DNA from: Felis catus
Taxonomy: Eukaryota
NCBI RefSeq assembly: GCF_018350175.1
Contig: NC_058369.1
Span: forward strand, 19,408,001 to 19,472,000
Reading direction: 5' to 3'
DNA length: 64,000 nt
In this document: positions 61,935-64,000 of the stretch, piece by piece
Numbering within the stretch: position 1 is the first letter of the stretch
How the letters are laid out: every line of letters begins with the position of its first letter
Notes under the pieces: generated by a model
The model's input: the letters and a program-made list of their open reading frames with translations, nothing else
The model's database searches: none
Told to the model about the DNA's origin: nothing
Translations under genes and position numbers: made by a program

Positions 61935-64000
61935 TTAAAGTGGGGCTGCTCTGATGGAGGATGGCAGAGGGGAGGGGGGTTCCAGAGGCTTTCAGAACAG
62001 AGTTAGGGGGTACACCCCACACCAAAGGTGGGCACAAGGAGGGATGGGTGCTGGGCAGAGGCCTTGGCTCCAAATAGGTCTGGACTTGTTTCAACCCTCC
62101 TTGGATGACCTTGGGAAAAGCCTTTTACAGCCATGTGCCTCATGTTCCCATCTGCAGAATGGGTACCTTCTTAGTACCTTTGTCCTCAGTTGCTAGAATA
62201 GGGGCAGAGACTCCCCCCTCCCCCACCCCCCCATCACGGAGAGGGGTTATTTACTCATCTTCCTGAAGCACTGAGGTCTTGGGGAACTCATCTGCCTCCT
62301 GGCTCAGCTAATTGGAATTGCTTCCCCCCTCTCCCCTACCTCTCAGTAAATTATGTGAATTCCCCCAGTCAGAGGCCTGGGTGATGGACAGCCCTGTCAC
62401 AGCAGCCTAAGTGTTTAGAGAGCAATTGTTCTGGGGAAGGCTGCCATTCCTCAAGCCTGTGCTGTGCAAGGCTCTGCGGGGAGAGCCAGCCTGGCCCTGC
62501 CCAGGCCCCAGCCCCTGCTCCACCCCTGCCCAGCCACCGGAGCCTGCTCCGCCTAGCCCACCAAGCACGGGCTTCCGGTACGTTATCCTTGTCATAACAA
62601 TCAGAACAGCCGAGAGGTATTGCTCTTAAACCCTCAACACACATTTTTATAACCTTTCTGTTTAATAAGAAAGAGACAGCTCCAATTAGCTGGGAATATT
62701 CTGCAGAAATGGGATTATTTTAAAAGCTCCAGCAATATTATAAAATAGCTTCAGTAAGTGAACAGCTGTTGCTGGGCCCCGCCCGCCATGCACAATGCTC
62801 TTCCCACACCCTCTCACGGGGGGGGGGGGGCTCTCTCCCCTCTCCAGGCAGCCCAGAGTCCCTAAGAACTCTACTCTGGTTGACAGTCAGGGACCCCTCT
62901 ACCCCTTACACCCAGCAGCAGGGTGTAAGCTGTGGGGTGTGGGGCATGACACCCCCTTGTCCTGGGCTGGGGGAGAAGGGTAGTTTGGACCTCCCCCATG
63001 AGGTGGACCATGGCCTTTTAAGAGTCCTGCCTTCTCAAGGAAAGCCTACGTAGGCACACCAACATCATCTCTAAAGGCCTCCAGCCCACCCTATTGCCCT
63101 GTGACCTGTACATATCCTCCACTGTGAAAGGACTCCTATCCTGTCACAGGCCTCCCTGGCCTTTCTATCTATCCAATCAAGGGTGCAGAGCAGGGTTACC
63201 CAGGAACTTCGTTATGGTTACTGTGCATGTTCTGAGTCCACTCTGCCTACACCTGTCCCAGAGCCTGGTGAGCATTTTACCTCAGCCCCCCCACCTCCTC
63301 TTTCTTGGGGCCAATGGCCAACCCCTCTTTGGAGCCTCCTCTATTCCCACCCATAGGCCCCTGCATTCCTTCTGTCCAGAAGCAATCTTCTCCATGTTGC
63401 GCCCACCATAGTTAGCAGCTTTATCGCAACTGTATCCAAAGTCAAGGTCCTGGGGGCCCTGTCCTTTCTCCCTCTTCCCATACCTGCAGGTAAAGCTCTG
63501 CAGAAGGGTTCTCAGCTCCCACCTCCCAACACTCGGGCTGTATTTCATCTATAGCCCCTCCATTGGCAGCCAGCTTCACCTGGGCCACTTTGGGCAGTAG
63601 TCCCATGCCTCCTCCCTGGAGCCAGCTCAGCCTCTGTGAGGAGAAGCTGGGGGTCAGGGACTTTGGGAAGGTTGTAGGTCCTGTTTGGCATGCTTGGCAG
63701 AGGGGCAGAGAGATCTACCTTCCCACTCCCTCTGTCCACTTGCCCCTCAGCCCGCAGTGCTGACACCCTATAGTGCTGGGTTCCCCCAAGACTCAGGCTG
63801 AACAGCAGACAATATTTGAACACGCTTCAGGGAAGGATAGACTTGGAATGGGCCACAGAGTCTGGTTGTATGGTTGGATAACTGAGTCCAACTGAGAGGA
63901 AGCTCCAAGGCTATATTTCTAAGACAGGATGGGAGGCAGGACCCAGGCTGTCTGTGCCAGTTCTGGCATTTAACCTTTGTGGGTGCGAGCACAGGTGGTG

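Noticed and set aside
51650..64000. A neighbouring gene upstream of CACNA2D2
   Set aside because: No second CpG island, recognisable exon or protein similarity; a lncRNA cannot be excluded from sequence alone.

Overview
Mammalian genomic DNA, almost certainly a felid given the feliform-type SINEC_Fc CAN-SINEs. The window holds the 5' end of CACNA2D2 (voltage-gated Ca2+ channel alpha2delta-2 subunit) on the minus strand. A CpG-island promoter and coding exon 1 (51028-50814) are followed by a 26.6 kb intron 1, coding exon 2 (24197-24116) and the first 24 kb of intron 2; exon 3 lies beyond position 1. About 12.5 kb of upstream, apparently intergenic sequence follows the promoter. The rest is interspersed repeats (CAN-SINEs with readable TSDs, a HAL1/L1MC/SINE nest, MLT1A and ERVL-type LTRs, MER63, L2, MIR), microsatellites and AT-rich candidate enhancers. 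I see no second gene and no clearly new biological system, and nearly all ORF-track entries are spurious. The most interesting leads are: (1) an out-of-frame AUG 8 nt upstream of the CACNA2D2 start that opens an 89-aa overlapping ORF across the exon 1/2 junction; (2) a perfect 17-bp hairpin and a micro-inversion that look like template-switch events; (3) recurrent POU-class motifs in intronic AT-rich islands; (4) three SINE dimers each bounded by one TSD. Repeat family names and orthologue comparisons come from recall of consensus sequences, not from a search.
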